Part shown: piece after piece, positions 40,001 through 51,736 of the stretch
How the letters are laid out: the number at the start of each line of letters is the position of its first letter
Position numbering within the stretch: the first letter of the stretch is position 1
Assembly (NCBI GenBank): GCA_964016885.1
Contig: OZ024741.1
Location: 400,768,001-400,832,000 of the forward strand
DNA from: Eledone cirrhosa
Taxonomy: Eukaryota
DNA: 64,000 nucleotides
Reading direction: 5' to 3'
The notes under the pieces: model-generated
What the model saw: only the letters and a program-made list of their open reading frames with translations
What the model was told of the DNA's origin: nothing
Database searches by the model: none
Translations under genes and position numbers: made by a program

Positions 40001-40458
40001 GCATAGTCCCAACGTGCATCCAGGATACCATTCCAATCCCCCACTAAAAGCAGGGAACGGGACGTCCCTAGAAAAGACTCCAGACGCTGGAAAAAGTCGG
40101 GCCGCTCTGTCCCAAAAGGGGCATATGCGGCTACCAGCCTAAAGGCTCTACCTTCACCACTGCCAAGGTCCAGCACCACCAGTCGACTCCCTGGGTCCAA
40201 GTGAACTATCTGTGTTGCAAGGCCCAGATGTTTTTGCAGCAGAACGACAACCCCACCCCCACCTCCGGGCTGACAGAGAGATGCGTGCATCTCAAAGTCG
40301 TCAAAGGTGGGGGCTAGCTGCCGCATGTTGCTGATCCGGGCCTCGCAGATAACCATCACATTTATAGATTGTGACCTGAGGTCATTTAGAAGCATTGCTT
40401 GCTTCCAAGATGAGCCCAGGCCACGCGCATTTAGACACCCTACTCTTAGCACAGCCAT
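37021..40458 (-). pseudogene. Tx1 copy 2 ORF2 with one in-frame TGA at 39946-39948
   Basis: ORFs 39946-40482 and 37021-39906 share a frame; the TGA aligns with an Arg codon in copy 1. Confidence 0.92.
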
Positions 40459-40482
40459 GTTGGTGGAAAGGAGAAAAGGCAC

Positions 40483-42209
40483 TTACCTCTCTGCGTCCCG
40501 GGAAACGGGCCGCTCAATTTCCATGCTGGTTGGGGATGGGTTGTTGGGTGGGGTGGTGATTTGTGGAAGTGAAGGGGCATCGGTGTGTTGTGGGGTTGGG
40601 GTGTTTGTGGTTGAGTGGGTGTCTGGGGGGGGGGGTTTAGGAGGACGCGGTTGATTGGTTTGGCGCAGGGGGGGCCCACGTCCTCCGTGAAATTTATTTT
40701 CAGTGTTTTGTACAAGTTCATTGGGACTTTAATCATTTTTAAATGAGGTAGTCCCACAGCAGTTATAAAGTTAGGCCCTTCAGTTTGGACCGAAGGGTTT
40801 GCTGAAATTGTTTTCCGTAATTCTTTGTTGTCTGTGTTCATGTATGTATATTGTAAGGTCTTTTTTTGTGTAGCAGTTAGTGTTGTGTGACAGGGAGGGG
40901 TGGTTTGTGTGTAGTTTGTGTTCTCTTGGGGGGGGGGGGGGTTAAAGTTAACATGTGTGTCTGTGGTGCGTCTCCTCTTCTTTCTTTTTACTTGTTGGAA
41001 GGGATCTTTTTCGTCTTGCGACGAAAGGGGTTCGTCTTCCTTGTTGGGTGGGAGGGGTATGTTTTCTGGTAGTGTTTGCGGTGTGTATGTTTTTGTATTT
41101 GTTTTGGGTAAGGAGGGATTGGGTGGGACAGTATTCTGTGTTATTTTTTCACGTGTTTGTTGTTGTTGTTGTGGTGGTGGTGGTGGTGGTGTTGTTGGTT
41201 TTTGTTGTTGTTGTTGTTGTGGTTGTTTTTGTTGTTGTTGTTGGGGTGGTGTTGGTGTTGGTAGCAGTGTTTTTTTCTGTGTGAGCTGGGGACAGGCAGC
41301 CCTCAGGTGACCTCTATTGCCACAGAGGTAACAGGAGGGACGCCTACCCTCCACAATAATGTTGAGGTGGGTATGGTCATCCAGCATGACGCGCTCAGGG
41401 ATTTGGGCGATGCGTTCTGGCCTTATTTGGGTCAGAACTTCGATGCTCGTTCCACTGAACGCGTGGCCGGATGCCTTTCCTATTGAAATGAGGTTGTCCT
41501 CGTCTAAATTGAGGAAACCGGTTAGTAACCACCAGTAGCTTATGTTTGGGGTGATGGTGGTTATCCATATCCTCTGGGTTTTTTTACCCATGTAGGTGGG
41601 GAAGAAGGTGTAGTGTGTGGAACGAATTGGCGACACAGAGTATTTTTTCGCCGCCAATTCGTCTTTCATCAATATGGATAAACTCCCATAGAGTTTATCC
41701 TTTTGTATAAAAGTGATGTCTCTCATCGCTTCTTTCAGTACTAACTGAATTTCAGCTTGAGATGGTTGTGCTGGTTTTTTTGTTTTATTTAAAATTGTCC
41801 GGAATACGACAGTTCGTAATTCCGTCTGTTTTTTTAGTTCTGGGGGTGAATGTATAGAAAACGAACCGTTTTCGCCAAAAGATACATATTTCTTGGCTTT
41901 TTCCAGCATTTCTTTTGCTTTTGAAATATCTTCCAGCACATACGCGACTGATAATTTAGCCGTTTGTGCAAAAGATATTTTGTTTTCGTTGTTGGTGTTT
42001 GTATTGTTTTGTTTCTCGTCGTTTGAGTTGTTTTCATCTTTGTTGTTGTTGTTGTCTTTCTCGTTTGGTGTGTGGATGCTTGTGACGTTTGTGTTGTTGT
42101 TGTTTTTGTTGTCTTTATTGTTGCTGTTGTTGTCGTTGTTGTTGTTGTTGTTTTCAATTTTTTGTATAGTTGTGGCTACATCTAGTGGTCGGTCAACAGG
42201 TGAAGACAA
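40483..42209 (-). CDS. Tx1 copy 2 ORF1; apparent frameshift in the G11 run at 40625-40635; start uncertain
   Basis: CYLCGNRGHLRAAC knuckle; alternative frame ends MEIERPVSRDAER*, matching copy 1 MEVVRPEPREAER*. Confidence 0.82.
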
Positions 42210-43148
42210 TTATTCCTCTCTCTGACCTCTGCTGCTGTGACAGTGGCAAGCTGTGAGTATGACTTCCCCTTTCCTGCTTTGATTGATGGTGAAGATGCTT
42301 CAGCCATTTTTCTCAAAATAGGGTTTTTCGAAGTTTTTCGAAAGATAAAATGTTTACAATACTATATCGCCCAAAGGCGCAGAATATTTTGAGAGACTGA
42401 CCAGATCAAAGTTTGACCTGGCAGCCCCTCTACAAAATGGTACAAAAATGAAAGTTAACAGTTTACAATTTCCGGATGAATTTAAACAAAACTTACCGAG
42501 CGAGCTCAGCACATGTGTCCATCGTATAGATAGATAAATATACACGGGTGTGTATGATTGTGTATAGAAGATTATATTAATAAGAGGAATTCCAACTTTG
42601 TCTGATTTATTCGTTTTATTTACAATCCTTTTCAGCCAACTTTTCAGCCTTCCTGCATATAGTATTTCAACTTTCACTTGGTTAATGTGAAAAAAGCTTA
42701 GGGTTCCACAAAATAAGGGAACTTTTAATAATATTTGATATAAAATTATAGCATGTCTTTTTTATTACATTGATACACACTCTCTCTCTCTCTCTCACTC
42801 TCTCTCACTCTCTCTCTCTCAATTTAGTCCAATAGTTTTATTCTAACCACATGGCTGTAATATCGGAGCTGTGATCTCTCAATTCAGAGAAGTAGCAGCT
42901 CTACCTGGTGTGACTCCAGCTATTCTTTCCTGAGACATTCTAACCACATGTCCTTATCATTAGTATGATCAGCCGGTTTGAAGAGAGAGAGGTGAAAGAA
43001 TTCTGACCAGATACGGCTGGTTTAAATGCTAAAGGGTTAATGTGTATCATCCATTTTTTTATTCTTCCTGATTTTGAAATATGTTTCTTTTAGCTTTTTT
43101 TATAAGAACATTTTTTTTTTTTTTAAGTTTTATTCTAATCTTTTTTAG

Positions 43149-43273
43149 GAGTTAAGAAGTGTTATTGAGAAAGAATCAGAAAAATCCACGAGGGATAAGT
43201 TGATATTCTCAGCTGCTGTTGGTGTTGGTAAGCATCGTATTACACATGGTTATGAAGTGAGCGAAATATCCAA
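43149..43273 (+). CDS. GH18 chitinase exon
   Basis: ttttttAG | ELRSVIEKESEKSTRDKLIFSAAVGVGKHRITHGYEVSEIS(K) | GTAAGT; phase 0 to 2. Confidence 0.92.
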
Positions 43274-43541
43274 GTAAGTCTTTTTATATATCCATTTAAA
43301 TTTATTGATATACTTGGGGAGGGTCAGATTGTTGTAATATTGGCAGAAATAATAACAGAACACACTCACTGTTTGGTTGGTTTGCACTTCTGTATCTTTT
43401 ATATCTCCACGGTTAAAAATACAGATATAAATATATATATATATATATATATAGTCTAGCAAAGTTCTTTCGTTGCACATCTGCAACATCATCAGTCATA
43501 CTATTATGTTTCCTCCCATTGTATTGTCAATTAAATTTAAA

Positions 43542-43768
43542 TTAACCCTTTAGTTACCAACCTGTTCAAAACTGACTTTGGTTTTATGAAATAAAATCAC
43601 CCATTTTGAAAGTTTCCAGTTTATATTAAAATTTTCCAACATAATTTTATATAAGAACCTTACATTAAGTTACTATCTTAGTAATGAAATAATTAATAAT
43701 TTTAATATCTTCATTAATTAATTAAAATAGAGTGAACCTCTCTAGAAATGTGGTCTTGAAAAGGTTAA
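43542..43768. mobile_element. Possible MITE with TTAA-CCCTTT...AAAGG-TTAA ends; similar right ends at ~43040 and ~44261
   Basis: ttaaccctttag...gaaaaggttaa; 42970-43040 and 44185-44261 share gtttaaatgctaaagggttaa. Confidence 0.4.
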
Positions 43769-44383
43769 ACATGTCAGTAATATATATTTTAAGGATAGAA
43801 AAACCGTGAACTTTGCAAGACCCTTCCCCAAGACTGGTCTAATTGGTGTGGTCAGTATTTGACAGTGAGAGTGACTTTTGCAAGGTCCTTTCCCATTACT
43901 GGCTGGTCTGAATGATGTGGTAATATTTGATGGTTGACTATGAAAACTCTTAAGCAGTCATTTAACTAACTCAATGTAGTGGCCAAATCTCCATCATTAA
44001 ATTTATTTATCATCTTTAAAATAGGTGCAAAATTGTTATAGCATACCAAGTTCTTTTATTTCTTTTAACCCTATATTTAATATTGTATTTTCATGGTAAA
44101 TACTTTATCTCACATAATATCAAATCTATGAGATTTTGATATTATCTATCTTGAGAACAATACCTTAATATAAGTATGAGCAGCTGGTTATGGCCAGTTT
44201 GAACAGAAAGAGGTGAGAGAATTCTGGCTGGATACAGCCAGTTTAAATGCTAAAGGGTTAAAATATAAAGGATTGACTTAATAGATATATATATCACCTT
44301 TATACTGTAGACTTGTTTACCAAGATACTATTTTGTTAATATTTTTTTCACAGTTAAAGAATGGTTATTAAAACAAATCTTTC

Positions 44384-44903
44384 TAAATATCTATATAATT
44401 GAATATAAAAGAGAGATAAACACAAATATAAACATACATGTGTTCAAATCATAAGGGACCAGCTTCGCTAGGGTAAAAAGAATACTAACTATTAACAATA
44501 GGGTTTGCCAGACTCAATTTAAAACAATAAATCAAGAAAAGAAATACAAACCTATATTGGGCAACTGCCGGAACACCCAGACAGCTTATGGTAGGCTGTT
44601 TCGCAATTTTTAGTGAAGAGAATTACTAATTCTTTGCTCATCAGTGGGTGTAAAATTAGTAAACCCTTCACTTCTAAGTATCTCAGAAGACTGAATAGTG
44701 TGCAATATAAAATAACGCACATGGCATCAGAACCTAAACGTACGTATGATACATGAACACATATATGTTTATATCTGTGTTTATCTCTCTTTTATATTCA
44801 ATTATATTACACGGTTCAGAAAAACCTTTCTTAGAGCTGTTTAATTGTAAGGGACTATTTTAAGTTTCTAACTCAATATATACCTTTGATAAATATCTAT
44901 ATA
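44384..44903 (-). mobile_element. ~500-bp non-coding hammerhead-carrying insertion with internal inversion and putative 14-bp TSD
   Basis: TAAATATCTATATA at 44384-44397 and 44890-44903; 44393-44446 inverted relative to 44754-44806. Confidence 0.65.
44573..44651 (-). ncRNA. Canonical type I hammerhead ribozyme
   Basis: ACACCCA-CUGAUGA-GCAA...UUGC-GAAA-CAGCCUACCAUAAGCUG-UC-UGGGUGU: complete core, three stems, GUC cleavage triplet. Confidence 0.85.
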
Positions 44904-45829
44904 TTAATTTGAGCAACTTCTGTCTGTCTGTCACACAATGTGTGTCTGTGAATGTATGTGTGTGTAAAAAGGAAGGAAGAGGATGGTGAACAAACAGAGG
45001 CTGGCATTCCATTTGCTATGCTGTGTTTGAGTGTATGTGTATGTGTGTGCTTAAATGAATGTATGTGTGTTTGTGTGAATGTATGTGTGTGTTTGTGTGA
45101 ATGTATGTCTAAGTGTGTATTTTTGTAAGTATGTCTGTGTTTGCATGTTTCTCATACATATCAATGAATGCATATGCGCAACCACACATATACACAAACA
45201 CACATGCACACACACATATGTATCAGCATGTTGAAAAAACTCCTAGTTTACAAAAATTCTGGTCATACAGTACAAAATTATAAATACATCAAACAAAAAG
45301 AAGTTTAAATAAAGAAATAATAAACAGATGAAATAATGAGTAACTCCATGGATGACTATTAAATAATTAGAAAAACTGAAAGGAAGGGAAAAACAAGGGC
45401 TCTAGGTTCACAGAAGAATGGGAGGGGAAAACAGGAGGGTGATGGGTTGTAGGCCTAGGGCTCAGCGGTGTTGCAGCTGCACCCTGCAGCCAAGACTGCA
45501 AAAGCATTTTCTTTTTTTTTAAATGACCGATATGTTTTAGAAAGTCAGTATAATGTGGTAGAAATATATAAAGGGCAAAAGATGATAAATAAATATAAAA
45601 TAAGTAATGTTTTACTCAATATATTTCAACATGATATTTCGGGGCTATAACCCTCTTTTCAAATGTGAAACAAATGGTTCAAAAGAAAAACTTATCAGTC
45701 ATTTATTACATAGCTCACATCATCATCATCATCATTACTGTTTAACGTCCATTTTTCCACATTAGCATTGGTTAGACGAGATATCCCTTTGTGAGACAAG
45801 CCAAGTCAGATGATAATATATAATAAAGG

Positions 45830-46046
45830 ATCGATCGACTTTCGTCAAATAGGACCAAGCAAAAAATGTTTTTGTTGATCTTTCCAGTTGCTAGTACTAT
45901 CTATCAGTCACAACTCCAGGTAGAAGAAGCAACGTGAAATAAAGTGTCTTGCTCAAGGAAATAACACATCGCCTGGTCCAGGAATCGAACTCACAACCTC
46001 AAGATTGTGAATCCAATTCTCTAACCACTCAGCCACATGCCTTCAC
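45830..46046 (-). mobile_element. tRNA-derived CORE-type SINE
   Basis: Minus strand GTGGCTGAGTGGTTAG (A box), GAGTTCGATTCC (B box), CCTTGAGCAAGACACTTTA (CORE-like). Confidence 0.7.
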
Positions 46047-46247
46047 ATGATGATATATATATATATATATATATAGGTATTAAGGTGCAAATTAATTGTG
46101 TCCACAGGCGGTATGCCTAATGAGCACTCGATGCTCTTGGGGAGCAGAGTATTAATAGTATTAATATATAAGGAACAAGGAATCATATACATATTTAATT
46201 ACATATTATATATGCTTCACGTCTGAGATGCAAGTCTACATGTTAGA

Positions 46248-46339
46248 ACATATCTGAGGAGCTTCTGATTCCAGAGTCAGGTTCGATCGTAAATAGATCG
46301 TTCCTTGAGCTGATCGACAGTGAAACATATGTAATATGT
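46248..46339 (+). ncRNA. Type I hammerhead motif with ~61-nt stem II and palindromic stem III
   Basis: ACAUAU-CUGAGGA-GCU...AGU-GAAA-CAUAUG-UA-AUAUGU. Confidence 0.7.
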
Positions 46340-46395
46340 AATTATATATGTATGTGATGCAAACACTGATTGTTTGTAATAATATATATATATAT

Positions 46396-46752
46396 CATCA
46401 TCATCATCATCATCATTGTTTAACATCCATCTTCCATGCTAGCATGAGTTAGACGGGATTGTCCCACTTAGAGCAAGATTAGCCGGGTGACCGTGTACTC
46501 GCTCATACAGAACTGTATCTGGCAGGTTTTCTATGGCTGGATGCCCTTCCTAACACCAACCACATTTTCAGTTGTGGACTGGGAGCCTTTTTACCGTGTT
46601 TCCTACATGACCACTTTACAGCATGGACTGGGTGCTTTTTATCGTGACACCTACACGACCTCATTTAGTTTGGTCTGGATGGTGTGGTACCAACATAACT
46701 TTACAGAGAAAGGGTGGTGTGGATGGAAGTGGGAGTAGGGGTAGTGGTGTAG
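46396..46752 (-). mobile_element. Family B non-autonomous RTE-related retroposon; shorter relatives at 45720-45812 and 46770-46920
   Basis: Homology to 23390-23745; (GAT)n tail. Confidence 0.75.
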
Positions 46753-46956
46753 GGTGTATATATGGTTCATCAACATCATCATCACTGTTTAACCACCATT
46801 TTTGCACACTAGCATGGATTAGACGAGTTGCCACCATTGTAAGACAAACCATGGCTATGTCTCGCTGATACAGGCTTAGTTTCTGGATGCCCTTCTTATC
46901 ACCAACCACATTTACAATGCATTCTATTAAATATACTTCATTATTTTTTATTCCAG

Positions 46957-47080
46957 ATATGTTGACTTTCTGAATGTTATGGCTTATGATTACCATGGCA
47001 GCTGGAACAAAATAACAGGATTTAAAAGTCCTCTCTATGCACGCAAACATGACTTAAGATATGAAAACGAATTGAGTCAG
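46957..47080 (+). CDS. GH18 chitinase exon
   Basis: ttccAG | (K)YVDFLNVMAYDYHGSWNKITGFKSPLYARKHDLRYENELSQ | GTGGGA; phase 2 to 0. Confidence 0.95.
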
Positions 47081-47092
47081 GTGGGAGCTTTG

Positions 47093-47183
47093 TCTTCTTC
47101 TTCTTCTTCTCCTTCTCCTTCTTCTCCTTCTCCTTCTTCTTCTTCTCCTTCTCCTTCTTCTCCTTCTTCTTCTTCTTCTTCTT
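47093..47183. repeat. (TTC/TCC)n microsatellite; second (TTC)n tract at 47559-47600
   Basis: Direct. Confidence 0.9.
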
Positions 47184-48181
47184 GACAGACACTCTCTGAC
47201 TGGTTTGCTGTCTAGCCCGTAACAGTGGAGATTTCTGGTGTCCTTGGCCTCCCTACTCATCACCATCGGCTACCCTCTGGAGCGAGCCCCACAAGTTGTA
47301 ATGGCTATTCCAACATGTCTCCCTCACCATCCTCTGGGGAACGTTCTCTCCATTTTGTCCACGAGGTCATCCTACAGATGTGCTCCCCCACACACAAGGG
47401 AACTCTGCCCCAGCCTGGGCCCACATCACAGCATATGCAGCTCTTAGGTTTGGGTTATGACCATTCAGCCGAGACCATCTATTTAATATTTTATGCGGTG
47501 GTGGTGGTGGTGCGGAATGGGAGAGGAATCTAGGACTACATTATCCAATATTCTTTTGTCTTCTTCTTCTTCTTCTTCTTCTTCTTCTTCTTCTTCTTCT
47601 ATAAGATATCTAATCCAATTCAACTCAAGACGGTCTCACTCCTTTTGGAGGAACCCTTCCCTAGTTAACCTCCATTGCTTTCTGTTTGGTACATGTCAGG
47701 GGTGTAGCCATACTCACCATGCTTGGCCAGTTGTGGGTTGATGAGCCTATTTAACCCATAGTTGGGCTAGATGGCTGTTGATCTGAGGAGTTCATCTGCC
47801 CTTTTAACAGTTCTATGTTTTTTGTTTTTTTTTGTGCTGCTGGGGTTCCACTTACCACTTATCCCCCTCTCCAGACCTATGTCTGGTGGGGAGCCGGTTT
47901 AGTTACCGAGCACACAACCATTTATACTGAGTTACATGGTACCTCTAGCAGTCAGAAGCCTGGTCTAACAAGTCTGGATGTGGTAAGATAGCTGAATTAG
48001 TTGCTGACCACTTGACCATGAAGCAGGTTTTAATGGGTTACATGGTACCAGTAGCAAGCAAAATCCTGACCTGACCAGACCAGCATCTGGTGGGGGAGCC
48101 ATGAAGCAGGTTGTACTGGGTTACATGTTACCTGTAGCAGACAGAAGCCTGATCTGACCACTATTATTATTATTACTCTGA

Positions 48182-48572
48182 CGGCGGTGGATTGGCAGTA
48201 TCGGTAGAGAGTCGGACACCATGCTTTGAAGCATAGAGTTACGTCCCTTTATGATCTGAGTTCAAATCCCGCCGAGGTTAACTTTGCCTTTCATCCTTAC
48301 GGGGTCGATAAAATAAAGTACCAGTAATGTACTGGGTAATTGCTGGCCTTGTGCCTAGAATAGAAACAATTATTATTATTACTCTGGGGTTGTGACTTGG
48401 CAATACCGGTAGAGAGTCAGACGCCATGCTTTCTAGCATAGTTACGTCCTTTTACAGTCTGAGTTCAAATCCCATTGAGGTTAACTTTGCCTTTCATCCT
48501 TACTGGGGGGTCGATAAAATAAAGTACCAGTAATGCACTGGGTTATTGCTGGCCTTGTGCCAAAAGTTCAAA
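48182..48572 (+). mobile_element. Two tandem family A SINEs (48182-48378, 48385-48572)
   Basis: Homology to 21197-21592. Confidence 0.85.
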
Positions 48573-48594
48573 TTACTTAGAACATTTTGAGTGG

Positions 48595-49040
48595 TCATCC
48601 TAAATCCCCACATAATTTTTGCTCACCCTAATACCCAACACAATTTTTGCTCACCCAAATACCCAACACAAGCTTTGATCATCCTAAATCCCCATACAAT
48701 ATTTGCTCACCCTAATACCCAACACAATTTTTGCTCACCCAAATACCCAACACAATTTTTGCTCATCCTAAATCCCCACACAATATTTGCTCACCCTAAT
48801 ACCCAACACAATATTTGCTCACCCTAATACCCAACACAATATTTGCTCACCCTAATACCCAACACAATTTTTGCTCACCCAAATACCCAACACAATTTTT
48901 GCTCATCCTAAATCCCCACACAATTTTTGCTCACCCTAATACCCAACACAAGCTTTGATCATTCTAAATCCCCATACAATTTTTGCTCACCCTAATACCC
49001 AACACAAGCTTTGATCATTCTAATATCCCACACAATTTTT
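48595..49040. repeat. ~27-bp minisatellite (ttgctcaccctaatacccaacacaatt)
   Basis: About 16 variant units. Confidence 0.9.
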
Positions 49041-49324
49041 TGACCTTGTTCTTGTTGGTAGAGTCAAGATTTCAAGGAACTTATTTCAGGACATTTTTTT
49101 AATTATAAATTCTATGTTCAAAATATGAGGGTGTATCATAGAAAAATAGAGGGGGCTGAAGGCAATGCCATCCATGCCTCTTTCCCCATGGCAACAGGCC
49201 TTGTGAGAAGAGTCATATGAATAACCAATTTCAGCATCCCTTTCTTTAAAAATGGAGAAGGGATCTTCAATGCCTTCCTCTCACAGACAAAACTGTTATG
49301 TTACTGGAACCTGCCAAGCACAAC

Positions 49325-49730
49325 ATGGTGTGTCATAGAAAAACTGCTGTTACTGGAATCAGTGAAGCCAATGTGGTGTGTCATAGAAAAACTGCATAGA
49401 AAACTGTTATATTACTAGAACTAGTCAGCCACTGTATAGTGTGTCATAGAAAAACTGCATAGAAAACTGTTATATTACTAGAACTAGTCAGCCACTGTAT
49501 AGTGTGTCATAGAAAAACTGCATAGAAAACTGTTATATTACTAGAACTAGTCAGCCATTGTATAGTGTGTCATAGCAAAACTGCATAGAAAACTGTTATA
49601 TTACTAGAACTAGTCAGCCACTGTATAGTGTGTCATAGCAAAACTGCATAGAAAACTGTTATATTACTAGAACCAGTCAGCCACTTATGGTGTGTCATAG
49701 AAAAACTGTTATGTTACTGGAACTAGCCAA
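49325..49730. repeat. ~62-bp minisatellite (gtgtcatagaaaaactgcatagaaaactgttatattactagaactagtcagccactgtatagt)
   Basis: About 5 full units plus degenerate flanks. Confidence 0.9.
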
Positions 49731-49834
49731 GCACAGTTTAGTGTGCAGTAGGGCATGGGACTTTGAGATAAAGAACACTTCCAGAATCTAAATACTTGAC
49801 TGGAGAACTTCAAACTTTCTTTTTTATTTTGCAG

Positions 49835-50020
49835 GAATGGTCAATAGAATATTGGCTTAAGTTGGGAGCACCAAAAGATAAACTTGTTTTAGGAATGACA
49901 GCAGCTGGTAATACATATACCTTAAAAAATAAAGCAGAGCATGGATTAGGGGCAGCAGTAGAAAAACCTGGAGAGAGTGGACCCTATACAAAACGGGAGG
50001 GATTTCTGTCATATTATGAG
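49835..50020 (+). CDS. GH18 chitinase exon (chitinase insertion domain)
   Basis: tttgcAG | EWSIEYWLKLGAPKDKLVLGM...GPYTKREGFLSYYE | GTAATG; 186 bp, phase 0/0. Confidence 0.95.
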
Positions 50021-50296
50021 GTAATGTTAGACTTTGCTTCTCTCTTTTTTTGTTTTACTATGATGTACATGGCTGAACATTCACCTGCTGAGGCCTTAAG
50101 CTATATGAAATTTGAGGTCGGGCATTACAACAATGAAGGGTGACACCTTTTCTGTTTGTTAATGATGGGCGTTGTAGCTGCAAAGTCAGTGTTGAACAAA
50201 AGGGCAACGATGGTTGCCAAACACTGTACGGCTTAATTCGGGCTGTTTGTTTACAAACAAACCGAACATTATAATAAATGTTCGGTAAACCCATAC

Positions 50297-50779
<483 letters not shown>

Positions 50780-50781
50780 CA

Positions 50782-51113
50782 CTAACCCCACCCCATCCAC
50801 ACCACCCCCTTTCGATGTAAAGTTATGTTGGTACCACAACATCCAGTCCTAAATAAATGAGGTTGTGTAGGTGTCACAACAATAAAACACACTGTCCACG
50901 CTGTAATGTGGCCGTGTAGGCAACACGGTAAAAACCTCCCAGTCCACACTGTAAACGTGGTTGGTGTTAGGAAAGGCATCCAGCCATAGAAACCTGCCAG
51001 ACAATCCTATACGAGCAAGACAACCAATCTTGCCTCAAGTGGGAAAACTCCCGTCCAAACCCATGCTAGTGTGGAAGATGGACGTTAAATGATGATGATG
51101 ATGATGATGATGA
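50782..51113 (+). mobile_element. Family B non-autonomous RTE-related retroposon
   Basis: Reverse complement of 23390-23745; ends ggacgttaaa(tga)n. Confidence 0.75.
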
Positions 51114-51152
51114 TATGAAAAATAGCGTGCTGCGTGGCTGCAAATGGGTTAC

Positions 51153-51677
51153 ATATGAATAAAATTAGTCCTTCATCAGTGATCTTCCAACCTTCATGGT
51201 ATTTCTTCGCTTTAAAGATCATATACCTCTAGTTGGTGCGAGCAATAACTAAAGAAAGTTATTGGGACACGTAAAATAGGGTGAAGCGAGTGAGACATGT
51301 AAACAAACATAGATGGTCATGACACGGAAAGAGAGGAAGAGAAGAGACAAGTCCATGATATCTATGAACTTAAGTTCCGTGAAATCATAGACGAGAGATA
51401 AAGACCATCCATCCAGGTCGAATGGTCTTTATCTCTCGTCTATGATTTCACGGAACTTAAGTTCATAGATATCATGGACTTGTCTCTTCTCTTCCTCTCT
51501 TTCCGTGTCATGACCATCTATGTTTGTTTACATGTCTCACTCGCTTCACCCTATTTTACGTGTCCCAATAACTGTATTTAGTTATTACTTGCACCAACCA
51601 GAGGTATATGATCTTGAAAGCGAAGAAATACCATGAAGGTTGGAAGATCACTGATGAAGGACTAATTTTATTCATAT
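51153..51677. repeat. Foldback hairpin, 256-bp arms (51153-51408 / 51422-51677), 13-nt loop
   Basis: Arms are reverse complements with few mismatches; the inner ~140 bp look perfect. Confidence 0.95.
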
Positions 51678-51736
51678 ATATATATATATGTGTGTGTGTA
51701 TATATATATATATATTTATATATGTATATATATATA

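Larger units (their letters stand above)
36742..42522 (-). mobile_element. Full-length Tx1-clade LINE, copy 2 (different subfamily)
   Basis: Same organisation as copy 1; AATAAA (36769-36774, minus) then (AT)n; 5' UTR ~42310-42520 aligns with ~36540-36710. Confidence 0.9.

Noticed and set aside
32515-42225. Plus-strand ORFs overlapping the Tx1 elements
   Set aside because: Antisense shadows of GC-rich or low-complexity coding sequence
47180-48170. Possible LINE 5' fragment with an HDV-like ribozyme near 47860-47900 (minus)
   Set aside because: Looks repeat-derived, but I could not build the nested double pseudoknot or a recognisable ORF
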